Under the pieces are notes generated by a model, which made no database searches, had not been told where the DNA came from, and worked only from the letters and a program-made list of their open reading frames with translations. From positions 10,356,001-10,420,000 of the forward strand of contig CM119371.1 of NCBI GenBank assembly GCA_051294905.1: a DNA stretch of 64,000 bases. Reading direction: 5' to 3'. Positions 38,631 to 51,486 of this stretch are shown here, one piece after another. A program made the translations under genes and the position numbers. Each line of letters starts with the position of its first letter. The stretch's first letter is position 1. This DNA is from Botryllus schlosseri (Eukaryota).

Positions 38631-39488
38631 ATGTCTGCTCCATCGAAAGTAATACTGGAAGATGCCTTCAACATGAAGAAAACGGTGGAAAATTACATTC
38701 AAAGGAGACCGCGTGCATTAGTACATATTCCGGTTCGGCTTATCATTGAGCGGCTCAAGCAATTAGGGAAAGTAGATCAACGGTCCGGATGCCTACTTGA
38801 TGTGGGGTGTGGCAGTGGCGAATCAACCAGATTGTTGGCGAAAAACTTTCACCATACGATCGGAGTAGACCCGAGCGCCCCTATGATTTCGTACGCCATC
38901 GCTTTCGATAATGAAATTTCAGACATTGAGTTTAAAGTTGCAAATGCGGAAAAACTGCCTATTGAAGACAGTTCTGTCGACGTTATTACAGCCATGTTTG
39001 TTGTACACTACGCCGACCTCGAAAAGTTCATTCCCGAATGCAAACGAGTGCTGAAACCAAACGGCGTCGCACTGTTTTACCGGCATCAGATATCAAAAAT
39101 ACTGTCGGCTGAAAATGACGCTCTACCCGTAATAGATGGGCCGGTGAAAATGATGATTCGACAGCTTTTGGAAAAGGCGAGAGAAATGTCGCACCCGAGC
39201 TTTCACACATATGAGCTCCACCAAACGCAATTTGACTCAATCAACTGGGAAAAGAAAAGCAGAGAGATAAATGAGCTGGAATTTGCGCCTGATTCTCAAT
39301 GGAATCTTGGTTCATGGTCTCGCTTCTATCAAAATCTTCCGTTTTATCAAAAAGCGGTCAAAAACGACGTAAATCCAGTTACTGAACTCGTACAAGCTGT
39401 GAAAAATACCTGGTCGATGCAGGATCGGGACTCTGACGACATCAAAATTAGAGTGGTGTACACGACGGTGATGATTCTTTTGGAATAG
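38631..39488 (+). CDS. Class I SAM-dependent methyltransferase paralogue 2, intronless, 285 aa
   Basis: Same motifs and length as 12504-13361; about 41 of 285 residues differ by manual count. Confidence 0.93.
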   Translation: MSAPSKVILEDAFNMKKTVENYIQRRPRALVHIPVRLIIERLKQLGKVDQRSGCLLDVGCGSGESTRLLAKNFHHTIGVDPSAPMISYAIAFDNEISDIEFKVANAEKLPIEDSSVDVITAMFVVHYADLEKFIPECKRVLKPNGVALFYRHQISKILSAENDALPVIDGPVKMMIRQLLEKAREMSHPSFHTYELHQTQFDSINWEKKSREINELEFAPDSQWNLGSWSRFYQNLPFYQKAVKNDVNPVTELVQAVKNTWSMQDRDSDDIKIRVVYTTVMILLE

Positions 39489-39680
39489 CAATATGTTAAA
39501 ACATTCAATGATAAACTGGTAATCTCTTGCTCATCTCATAGTGTAAAATTGTGCCAAATTGCGTGAAAAGAAATTAATACCAGATCAGGAAACATCATGC
39601 GTCATCATTTAAATCGGTGGTAGGTAGCCTGTAGTAGTCCGGATAGGGATGCTTCACAAGCTCTTTTACTTCCTTTAGAG

Positions 39681-41071
39681 CAGTGGTTCCCAAACGGTGG
39701 GGAATTCCCCACTGGTGGGGAATTCAATGGTTTCAGATGAGGAATAGACGCATTTGTTCAAAATTATATACAGGACAGTCTACATATTCCGTGAGACACG
39801 TGCGCAATCACCGTTACCAGTTAACTGCTCTGGAATGTATGTACAAAACCTCATTTTGAACTCTGGAGGGCCAATGATGGCGTCACAAACGCATCCAGCA
39901 CGACTATAGTTTGACGTGGAATAACGCTATCGAGAAATTTTGAGCGTTACTGGTATCGGTTCACAATACGTTTTATGTTGCAGTTACAGGTGATTGACTT
40001 ACGTACTGATGTAGTTGTGTGTCATGTGTAGTCGAACCAGCAAATAGCTGCTCTGTGATGACAGAAGTGCTGGGTAGTGGGGAGCAGGACCGTAACTGCC
40101 GCACCCCAAACCCCCCAATTAGGGGGACGAGCTCGAAGGGGACAAAAATTATTTCGTGAATCAACATGAATTAAAGTATTCTTTTAAATTTATGCCACTT
40201 TTACAAAAAAAATTCGCGCTTGGTGCGCGATTTAATATTGCCGAATATCCGATTATTGGGTACCTTTCCCCCACGAAAATACGTAGAATTTATAGAAATG
40301 GAGACTTCGGCGTCGGCCATTATTGCGCCACGACGCACCAAGGCATATGAAGTTATAGGCCATGTAACATGCAATTCCGAGAAGTGTGCCAGAAGGATCA
40401 GCAACGAGAAGACCTTGACCGAGAAGGAATGCCCTTGATATATATACAATACACATATATGTTTAATTGGGTAAATGGCTGGCGCCGAATGTTCCTGTCT
40501 GGGTGATCTGAGCCCCAAAGGACAAATGCCATCCCGCAGGGAAAAATTATTTGCCAGTAAAGCAATACCAATTTGAAATCGTGCGTGCCTTTTACTTTTG
40601 GCGATTTCCATATCTTTTGACATAGCAGATTTAGGAGGTCACGAATAGCATAAAGCAACGAAGTCAATATACCAACGGGTCCGTCCGAGGATGTTCAATT
40701 CTTATTTAGGGGTCCTTCCTTTTCCAACACACCTCACTCAGCTCTATCGGTAAATCTGATTACGTGAGCAGAGAGGGGATAAAAAATTGATAGCAAAATA
40801 TATGCAATTCCCGATCATATTGGCCGATTCAAACACGAATTATATAAATCTTTCGCGCTTCGCGCGTTTAGTCGAAATAAGGCGACGCAATGTAGCTTAT
40901 AAGTTACAGGGAAAAAGCTTACAGGCTCAGCGGGGCTAAGGTGGTTCTGGGGGCCCAAGACCAACGTTTTTGTGGCGAGGCTAACACAGTACTGTTACGG
41001 TCCTGGTGGGGAATGAAGGCTCGGAATAGATCCGAAGTGGGGAATGAAGACAAAAAGGTTGGGAACCACTG
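39681..41071. mobile_element. hAT (Buster-type) MITE with an internal insert
   Basis: CAGTGGTTCCCAA / TTGGGAACCACTG; TSD CTTTAGAG/CTTTAAAG; the equivalent site after methyltransferase 1 (~13597) is empty. Confidence 0.87.
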
Positions 41072-42238
41072 CTTTAAAGATTACCTGAAGCTTCGGAATT
41101 ATACGGTGGTTGTTATTGGAAACACATATGTTACAACGAAACATAGATTCTTTCGATGAAAACCTAATTGTCTTTATATTTTTGATATTCAATATTTTTA
41201 GTTTTGAAGACCCTCGCCTTAAAAAAGATTTTGAACTGGATTCCCCGGAGAAAGAATTCCATCAAATCATCACCCATTCATTTGCATTAGGAGCCTAGGC
41301 ATGCAATATTTACTTTAAATGCTAGGCCTTATAGCCTACTCCAGAATTCTTACTATTGAGGAAATGACTGTTTTGTTTTTGTCGTGTTGTCGGTGTCTAT
41401 ACTGTCTATTATAACGGAATACATTCACCACGTCATTTTGAGATTCATTGTAGTGAGGTATCCGATTACAGTATTTTAAACGTACTCACATTGCCACGCA
41501 CTATCTCAGAACAGATTAATTTACTGGAAACACCGGATACAACGTCATTCTTCGTATGGAAGGTTGATAAGAACCGCCAAGCTGTTATACTCCCGTATTG
41601 CATGAATATATGTGGGTGTTATGAAATTGTAATACATTCTAATTTATGTCAGATTCGATAACGACTGCAATCCGTTGGAACGGTTACAGCAAAACCTCGT
41701 CGTGTCGTGGTCTCTGTATCTAGAAGACAGGCCGTCGCGTGTTACGTCAAAGTAATATAAGTGGTCAGGTCCGTCGGAGAAAGATATCCGCAGCGAATTA
41801 CGAAACGTAACCTTCTGGAGTCAGATTACACATCAACAGCATCACAAAAACATTCGTAATGCGATATATCTCTCCTACATTTGATTGGAGCATACTGGAT
41901 TGTTCCAGTAGACTTGTTATCAAGAGATCGTAGCAAGAAATATTAAATCAGTGTTTCTTAACCTTTTTCCAGCGCCCCTGTTCGAAATAGGTAAGGTCTG
42001 ACGCCCCACTCATAGTTTGAGGACTGTAGTGAAAGGAAATGGGTGGTCTTTTCGGGTTAGGACTTCACCATTGGAATATGCTTGAATCGCGCTCGAGAAC
42101 CACACAACTAAATAACAATATAATAATTGTATGTGCTATATCCGGGATGAAATCAAGATTATTGTTACATCAACCATCGGTTACCAGAGATGGCCACAGT
42201 CCGGTTCAGGAGCCGGAGCAGGATTTCACTGATTTTTT

Positions 42239-44492
42239 TGGTCCGTGGACATATTAGCATGTGACACAATAGCAAGCGACACTTGAGCATGCGACACTTG
42301 AGCATAGCGACTTTTGGTCATGGCGACTCGTGGGCATGTAGACACATGAGCACAGAGACATATTAACATGAGGACATATTAGCATGCGGACACATGAGTA
42401 TAGGGACACACGAGCATGGATACACGTGGGCATAGGGACACATCAACATGGTGACAGTTTAGTAAGTGTCACTTGAGCATGGTGACACATGAGCATGCGA
42501 TACATGAGCCTTGGCGACACATGAGCATGGGCATACAAGAGCATGGGCACACATGCTCATATGGACACATGGGCATGGGGACACAAGAGCAAATGTGCAC
42601 ATGAGCATAGGGTCACGTACGCATGCGACACTTGAGCATGCGACCCGTCTACGTGCAGACACTTGAGCATGCGACACGTGGATATACAGACACTTGAGCA
42701 TGCGACACTTGAGCATGCGGCACTTGCGCATGCGACACTTGAGCATGCGTCACTTGAGAATGCGTCACTTGAGCATGCGACATTTGAGCATGCGACATTT
42801 GAGCATGCGACATTCGAGCATGCGACATTTGAGCATGCGACATTTTAGCATGCGACACTTGAGTATGTTAGACTTCAGTATGCGACATATGAGCATGCGA
42901 AACTCGAGCATGTGACCATATAGATTTGTGTGAAAAGCTTCAAAAATCGTGGTAAAGCGATAAATGTTGTCATTGCTCCCCATATATTGGAATCGCGTTT
43001 ACACGTATCAGACGAACTAAAAGAATATATCCTTTTGTAAGACGAAAGTGATTCCAAATTTGCATTTCGACACGGGACTTATTATTTTATTTTGCGGGTC
43101 TCTTTTGATAGGGAAGTTTTACGTGCCGTGGGTGGGTAGGGGGAACATTCGGGTTCGAAGTGGGTTAGGGTCCATGCTGTGGTTAAGGTATCCCAAGATT
43201 AGGGTTTGGGGTGATGGATATTAGGGTTGGTTGGGGTTAGGGTTAAGGTATCCCACGATTAGGGTCGGGATTATGGGCATTAGGGCTGGGAGGGGGATAT
43301 TAGGGTTAGGGTTATAGGGTTAAGGGTAAGGTATCCCAAGATTAGGGTTAGGGTTTGCGTTAGGGATAAGGTATCCCAATACCAGGGTTAGGGGTGAATG
43401 ATATTAGGGTTGGTTAGGGTTAGGGTTAAGGTATCCCACGATGAGGGTCGGGATTATGGGTATTAGGGTTGGGAGGGGGATATTATGGTTAGGGTTATAG
43501 GGTTAAGGGGGTGGGGATAAGGTTTTGCGTTAGGGATAAGGTATCCCAATACCAGGGTTGGGGGTGATGGATATTAGGGTTGGTTAGGGTTAGATGTGGG
43601 GTTAAGGTATCCCAAGATTAGTGTGGCGGTGATGGGTATTAGGGTTGCAAGGGGGATATTAGGGTTGGTTAGGGTTAGGGTTTGCGTTAGGGTTAAGGTA
43701 TCCCAAGATCAGGGTTGGGGTGATGGGTATTAAAGTTTGGAGCGGGGATATTAGGGTCGGAGTAGGATGATTTTGACGCCAGTTAACTGCACACTAATAT
43801 ATGAAAAATGCTCAAGTGTCGCATGCTCAAGTGTTGCATGCTGAAATGTCGCATGCTCAAGTGTCGCATGCTCAAGTGTCGCATGCTCAAGTGTCGCATG
43901 CTCAAGTGTCGCATGCTCAAGTGTCGCATGCTCAAGTGTCGCATGCTCAAGTGTCGCATGCTCAAGTGTCGCATGCTGAAATGTCGCATGCGCAAGTGTC
44001 GCATGCTCAAGTGTCGCATGCTCAAGTGTCGCATGCTCAAGTGTCGCATGCTCAAGTGTCGCATGCTCAAGTGTCGCATGCTCAAGTGTCGCATGCTCAA
44101 GTATCGCATGCGCAAGTGTCCTCATGCTCATTTGTCATCATGCTAATATGTAACCATGCTCATATATCACCATGTACAGGTGTCAACATGCTGAAGTGTC
44201 ACAATGGTTATGTGCCCCATGCTCACGTGCTACCATGCCCATATGTAACCATGTTGATTAGTCTCAATGCTAAGGTGTAACCATGCTCAAGTGTCGCATG
44301 CTAATCTATTTCCATGCCCATGTGTCCCCTTGCTCATGTTTCACCCTGCTGATATGTCCCCATGCGCATGTGCCCCCATGCTCATGTGTCCCTATGCTCA
44401 TGTGTTACCATGCTAATGTGTCCTCATGCTATAGCGTCGCATGCTTAACCGTCGTTTTTCATTGTGTCGCATGCTCATATGTCGGGCGACCG
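42239..44492. mobile_element. Foldback element: inverted 15-bp satellite arms around a telomere-like core
   Basis: Left arm (GAGCATGCGACACTT)n ~42255-42915, right arm (AAGTGTCGCATGCTC)n ~43808-44480; termini TGGTCCGTGGACATAT / ATATGTCGGGCGACCG; apparent 7-bp TSD ATTTTTT. Confidence 0.88.
43130..43765 (+). repeat. Degenerate TTAGGG-rich higher-order repeat
   Basis: TTAGGG units interspersed with 'taaggtatccca' and 'gatggatattaggg' blocks. Confidence 0.9.
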
Positions 44493-44989
44493 ATTTTTTT
44501 ACCTGTCCCGACTGGATCCGGATTTTGAATTTGCGCTGACGGTCGGATTTTAGCCGGATTTTTTTGCTGCAATATGACCTATTAGCATTGTTCTGGCAGG
44601 ATTTTGTCGGATTCCGAACTGGACCTTCACCAGCCGGATTTTTCAGACTCTGAATTTCCAATTGCCGACCGGATCCGGATGGATTCGGATCCCGAAATTT
44701 GGGAATCCGCCCATCTCTGTCGGTTACGGGCTCATACCATCTGGTTTGAGCCCGATGATTAACACATCCTGATGAATTCATCTTTCTGCGAATGGCAGAC
44801 TGACTGGGGACGGTGGTAGATATCTGCAAATACTGCACCCAGTTATTAACATTAACATGAATGTATTCCAAACAAAGCATCTTTGATGTACAAAGGACTC
44901 CCACTCTCAAACATGATACACTGCAAATTTGATCAATTTTGACACGCTGAGCGCTGCGGGATGAACTTGCTAGTTCGAAATATTTTGTG

Positions 44990-45525
44990 CAAAACAACCC
45001 GAGCTAGCGTGACTGGCGTATTTTATCGGGGAATTGGTCATCTCAAAATATGCGCAATCAATTTTGCATGAATTGTTTGTTTCGTGGTATTTACACTACA
45101 AGCAATTCTACAGCACACTCACCACAAGACCAGATAAAAACAGCAGTCGCCATATCGAACGCCTGATATTTCGACTATGGTCAGGACACTGTGGAGTAGT
45201 ATCCCATTTATTCAGAATCGGCTGCTCGGACTCTCCGATGTGCGAAGAATGCGATGTCAATGAAATAGTCGAACACTTTTTAATATCATTCATTAAATAC
45301 GACTTTCATCGTCAATTTTTATAACCTTTTGCAATCAGTTACATATACCGCCCCCCATACGTAACCTACTCACGTCATCGCAATTGTCCACCGCCGTCGC
45401 TGAGTTAGTGATAAGTTGTAATAAGTTCGTTTATTTACTGCTTGATTTAAATTTCCTGACGACCGCGGCGCACAAGGCCACAAATGGCGAAAAGCACCAC
45501 GCATATTGGTAATAATAATAATAAT
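44990..45525 (+). mobile_element. 3' end of a non-LTR retrotransposon (I/Nimb-group-like), 5'-truncated
   Basis: ORF2 C-terminal signature 'IFRLWSGHCGVVSHLFRIGCSDSPMCEECDVNEIVEHFL' (RLRxGH..CxxC..ETxEH zinc knuckle), then a short UTR and (TAA)n tail at 45512-45525. Confidence 0.8.
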
Positions 45526-46071
45526 GCTTATTCAACCAATCAATGAAATTGATATCGTTGTCTGATGTACAAAATCTAACAAGCGTACGTGGTCCATCTC
45601 AACTTCATACGTTTATCGTATCATAAAATCCAAATCCGTGCGATCGCCGATCGGGTTGTTGGCTACTGATGTATAACTGACGACGAATACATTGTTCGGT
45701 CTGGCCTTGACCGACAAGGCGAAATCTTATATTCCCTTGCAAGTCCTCGTCGAAATTGTGGGCGAAGCGACGTAAGATATTGATTTTATGGGATTATTAT
45801 ATCATTTGATTGCGCCAGTTGATACATTTAGCGACGTTTAAAACGTCAATATGTACTTTAGAAATGTGGCAATATGTGACCCGAGACGACGCTAGGTATC
45901 GTGTACACTAAAATAGGCTATCACTTCACTGAAATGTAGGGTTGGAATTAGCAATATGAAGTCACGTGACGTCATGCGGTTGACGTTCGCGTTCACACAG
46001 AACCTTTCAAAATGGTTCGCGTTTACACGAACCTGAACCTTTCAGAGGTTCAGAGGTTCACACCATCCCTA
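45526..46071. mobile_element. Right half of a 'TAGGGATGG' MITE
   Basis: Matches 10910-11060 and 11970-12361; ends in CACCATCCCTA. Confidence 0.85.
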
Positions 46072-49000
46072 CTCTTCACCTTCCGCATAGCTCAATTTGC
46101 AGCTTTTGACAGTCCATGCGAACGAATTATGACTGTTTTCGAAACTACTTACTTACTTGAGTAGATTTAAAGTCAATCAATTCTACTTCTACTTCAAGTA
46201 GTTTTAGGTGGCTTATGGAAGAAATACTTCTGCTCTTATTTAAGTAGATTTTTTCGTCGCTACTTGTAGTTCGATTTGAGTAGCTTTCTTGACTACTTTG
46301 ACCATCTCTGTTCTTATATCGAGAAGCCCATGATGAGAAGTTGTGATGCAGACAGCAATGTCAGAATGACTTCTTGAAAGACACGCAGGTATAGTGCACG
46401 ATTGGAGTCGATGCTACAGATATTTTATATCAAAATATGAATCTGGTGGTGGCCAATTTTGCACGAGTCCGCGCGCACTCACCAACTCACTGCGCGGTCC
46501 CTCGGACAACAGTGCGTAATGACTAAAACGAAAAGGTCATCACTGCGGCTTCTTTGTGCGCAGCACCGATTTTTCTGTGCACGGCGACTTTGTCAGCAGT
46601 GAGCGGACGCGGACGCACTCGCGCAGCTTAAGGGGAACATTAGTAACGGCTCAAATCAATTCATGAGTGTCGCAAAAACTCTGCAGCAGATTTGGACAAC
46701 TACAAAATTTCCAGATTTTCCTAATTAGATTAGAATTAGAATAATAGCTATACAGTTTTTTTTTAAATACATTAAGATTATTATTATAATAACATTTTTT
46801 CCAAATTAGATCAGAATTAAAGAGAAACAGTTTTTTTCTTCTTATTAGACATCAATTGGAATTACATCTACACCATTGATTCCCAGCCTTTTTCGACTCA
46901 CCGCTCCCTTATCAAGCTCGACACAAATTTCGCCCCCCAAATTTACAGATCCCCAAAAGAGGACATATAAACGGAAAATTTATTCACCTAACTCTGATCG
47001 CTGGTGAATTGACTAAAACAAAAGGGTCATTTTTCCCAGTATATGCTCGAAAACCGGTTTCCATGTTTATACTTTCCGTTGAGTTGAACCTTTTTCTCGC
47101 GTCATATGCAGATAAGCCGTCTTCACGTGTATATTTTGGCCACGTTAATTACATATGTCTCACTGAATGTTCTAACATTTTCGACCCCTTCGTTCTCGAA
47201 ACCGCCCACTGAGGGGCGATATCGCCCACGTATGGAACCTCTGGTCTACACAGTTTTTCCAAATTATATTAGAATCAGTATTAGGCTATAGCTACACAGT
47301 TTATTCCAAACCAGATTAGAATTAGAATTATTGCAAAACAATTTTTCCTAATTAAAATTGAATTAGAATTACAGCTACATTTTTTTCCAAATTAGAATTA
47401 GAATTACTAAAGCCTGAACATCGAATGAAGTCCCGTTCATGAAATCATGACGCATTCTCACTGGCATAAAAAATGCAAATACCTGTACAGCAAGCTTGGC
47501 TCGTTTCACACTAAACAGTTCTCCTTAAGCACTTTCAGAACAATCAGAAATTAGAATATAATTTTAATGAAAGCATGGATACATGTTCACAAATTAAATC
47601 ACAATTAGCTTAACGGCACAAAGTTTTGGCGTGTCTTTCGAATCGCTACTTCCGCTTGTAATAAAGTAGAAAATCTACGAGGTTACTTTTACAGGAGTAG
47701 CGACATTGCCTACTTTGACCGACCACTTCCTACTAGTAATTGAGTATAAATATACAAGGTTACCACTACTTGAGTAGCATCACTGACTACTTTCACCACA
47801 AACTTCTACTTGTAATTGATTAGAAATATACGAGCTTAGTTCTACATGAGTAGCAACATTCACTACTTTGACCGCCCCCTACTTCTTCGTGACTTGTATG
47901 GCGAGTTCTTACTATTTCTACATGAAGTAATTTTGATCCATTTTTGAAATTGATAGTTCTACTTGTAATTGAGTAAAATTTACGAGGATAGTTCTACATG
48001 AATAATTGTGAAGTAGCTTAGACCTGTCTTTTAAGTCGCTGTATCTGCTTTCATGTGAGTAGAAATGCGTGAGGTTACTTCCAAGTTGTAACTTAGTATA
48101 AATATGTGGCAATACTTCTACTTGACATAGTTGCCTAATAGTACTACTTACTAGTAGTTGATTCAATTTCACAAGGTCACTTACAATGTAGACTAGTTTG
48201 AGCACTTCTGCGAGTGCTGTAAGCAATTTCTTTCACGCAGGACCACTTCGAAAGGAGTCTGTGTCCTATGACGGGAGAAGTGACATACATGAGCCAGCAA
48301 CATACCTTCGCAACCTACAAATTGGAACTGCTGCAAAAAATATGGATGCAATCAAAGTGTGGGCGCTGGCTTGCGATACACAGATTGTGTGTTGGAAAGA
48401 CAGATCTTTGAAGACTCTATTTCACAAGATGATTGATGATACGCTCGATGCAATGAGAAATACATTTGTATATATTTTCTACAAATTTTTCAATTCACTC
48501 TTTTTGAGCTTAGCGCGATTAAATGAATGCATGATAGGAATGTATTGTTCGTTGCTATATTCCGACTATGTACCACCTGGGTGTTTTATACATGACTTTG
48601 TGATGGTTGTCTCTGTATATTCATTGCAGCTTTGACAGGAAAGCCTTTCTCTTGCGAATCGAGCTGATATTATTTATCTAAATAGGTAGATGTGTCGGAT
48701 TGAATTTTTGCAATAGGCTTTGTGTTTGACGTTACAGTTTTGAGGAGTACGGGAGTGGTCAAATGTAGTCAGATCTTGCTATTCGATTTGAAGAAGAAGT
48801 CACGAGGTAAATTTCCACTAAATTACGAGTAGAACTTGCGCTTTTAAAGACATTTCAAAACTACTAGTCACAAACGGGAGCAGATCATGAAACACCGGAA
48901 AATTAGTACAGTAACGTACTGTATCTTGAAAAAGATGATTCGGTTGAGGTGTCGAGTAGTCTTTTTATTCTTAGATGTCTATTTTCGAAATCGTAATAAT

Positions 49001-50365
49001 TACTTTAGGAACTCGATGATATTCCGTTACCGTGATACACGAGGTGTTTCGTTCAGTTTTTTATGACAATTTCACCGGTAAAAGTGATACAGACCATGTT
49101 ATACTTCACCAAATACAAGGTTTGTCATGTAACTAGCGTCGCTGGAAAAACTGTTAAGTAGAGGCAGGGATATCTAGAACTTCGGGATAGGACACGAAGC
49201 GCGTGGCGTCATCGTCAGTGACCCAAAGCTGACCGACGCTCATACGCGCTCAGCTGTCAGACGCGAAGGAAGTGCTTGTTCTTTGTATGATTTCCGCGAT
49301 CGGTGTGTGCTTTTGTCGCTTTTGTTTACATGTGATCAGGTCTATTCATACACGGTCAGCCGTCTTAGGTGAAGGACATGCCTGCAAGTTGTAGAATTTC
49401 TGCGATTTTGGTGTAGCTTTGTGAGTTTCATAGGTGCATGTACCATTTACACTACAGGTATAGGTTTGTGTTGTGAAGTTGATATGTATAATATTCGTGT
49501 CATGTTAGATCAGCTACCGGTATCACCAGGGAAGTCTTAGGCCCTTTTCATACCGGATTTACGAAACTCTTTCGGGAACAAGTTCCGAAACAGGCGATGT
49601 TCACATTGAGAAAAAATTACCGAAACAGTCCCGAGAAAAGTGCGCGTTCATACCTATTTAGAGTTACCGCGAACTTATGTTCATACAGGTCGTTTTTCTC
49701 GGTAAATTCGCGGGAAATTATGGCCAGTATGAACGCGATTCTCCGTAAGTGTTGATAGTTACGAAACCATGTCTGTGGGGTGTTCCAGTTGTAATATGCT
49801 TGTGGAAAACGATGTGGGAGATGCATATTCGTGAGATGCGGAGAAGTTGGCTCCAACTTTTAGCTATGGGATGTTGCGGATATGCCTTCTCGATGTGTAT
49901 GGGGCTCTATACTTAATATACCTGTATCAGTAATAGAGCCCGAGCATGTTCCTGGCTTGTATATTATCAACCGAAGCTGAGAGCAGAAACTGAAAGCCAG
50001 CAAAGAGGATAGAGTCCTGGAATGAAAAGAACCACCGATCCCATCTGCGTACGACAAAGTCAGTTTATCTTTATGATTGCTGTATAATGGTTTGGGTAAA
50101 TCTAATCATGTACATTGTACAGAGAAACCAGGGAATTCGAGGAAGCCGTGAGAGAAACATTTGGTATACTCTGCGACGAGCTTCGAGACCATAACAAAAA
50201 GCAGCCAGCAAACTACACGAACTCAATTTCTCTTGCTTGCTGAGTATAGCTGTCTCTCTTTGGAGGCTATAGCCAATCGTTTATAGATCCAGGTAAACAT
50301 CAGATGCATTTTAAGAAGGCAACTGTCACAAGTTGATATTAATAAAAATAATTGCTAGTGCCTAG

Positions 50366-50864
50366 TAGGGCTAGCCACAATGATTCGAGTACTCGAATAT
50401 GAATCGAGTTTCAACTTTAATGATTCGAGTCGAGTAGTAAAATACTATTTTTCGAGTACTGAAATTATACCGAAAGTTGATTTACTAACGAGAATTATAC
50501 CGTAGTTTTGATACTATTTTCCACTGAGTAAGCCTTGAAACCTTGATTGGCCGTGTTGCAACATATGCGATATAGTACAAAGCTACGAACGTTGCTCGAA
50601 ATAACACATTTCCGAAGTCATGACCATCCCATAACACTATCAAGCAGTGCAATGAAAACGGTATGGTCGAAAAAACACTAACGTATCTTTAATGTGACGG
50701 ACAATAGGCGTTATGTTCTTTATGGTGGCATAAAAGGTAGCCCGCACATTTGAATTTTGGCATAGTACATTGTGTTGTGATGTCATCATGATGATACTCG
50801 ACTCGAAGCGTAATAAGTGATTCAGAATCGAATCACTCAGGTACTCGATTTTGCCCAGCCCTCA
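50366..50864. mobile_element. 'TAGGGCTGGGCA' hAT MITE nested in the Harbinger
   Basis: Body matches 58014-58522; TSD GTGCCTAG/GTGCATAG. Confidence 0.85.
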
Positions 50865-51486
50865 GTGCATAGTAATATTTCTATATTTAGTGCATAGTAA
50901 TATTTCTATATTTGTCATGACGGAATGTCAGCCTGTTTCTGCGTAGCATACCACTACAAAAAGGTCAGACAAATTTGGTCTTGAATCATTATGTTAGAAA
51001 AAGAAGTCTGAAAGACCAATTGTTCTTGCCAAGTAGGCTACTTTCTGTCTCAAAAGTAAGACCGAAATTGATGGAAAATAGACTTAAACTGGAAACTGTG
51101 CAGTCAACACAATGACTTGGCCTCGGACTCGAGTCATAAAACCATGACTCGAACTCGACGCTCTGCTCAATGCGTTGGACCCGGATTTGACTGGGTGGTA
51201 AATTGAAAATAACTCGACTTGAATCTAGTCAAAACTATTGAAGTGTGATCGACTTTTGACTTGGTTACAACCCTGCTCACTTATTAAGACTGAAATTGCT
51301 GAAAATGAGACCAAATTTGCATATTTTTGTAGTGTAGTCAGACATGTACATCAACCTACTCATTTAGTTAAGTAGTTCTAGTTGTGGATTTGAAAAAGTG
51401 AATAGTTTCTGGTTCTAGTTGCGGATATATGAAAGTGAGTAGTTCTAGTTCTAATGGCAGATTTTGAAAAGTTGATAGTTCTAGTT

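Larger units (their letters stand above)
42185..44719. mobile_element. hAT-type MITE (CAGAGATGG) hosting the foldback element
   Basis: CAGAGATGG / CCATCTCTG; perfect TSD TCGGTTAC (42177-42184, 44720-44727). Confidence 0.88.

Noticed and set aside
43130..43765. True telomere or chromosome-fusion site
   Set aside because: Degenerate, one orientation only, and enclosed in a TE with termini and TSD; a smaller sibling carries the same kind of core.
42459..44528. Pentapeptide-repeat proteins (HATLE / MRHLS / SHAQV / MLKCR ORFs)
   Set aside because: Several frames on both strands are open only because the 15-bp satellite unit lacks stops in them.
47640..48200. Coding region or regulatory array ('tacttctacttg...gtag' motifs, also 46140-46310 and 51365-51486)
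   Set aside because: Looks like degenerate subterminal repeats of an old MITE family; boundaries could not be defined.
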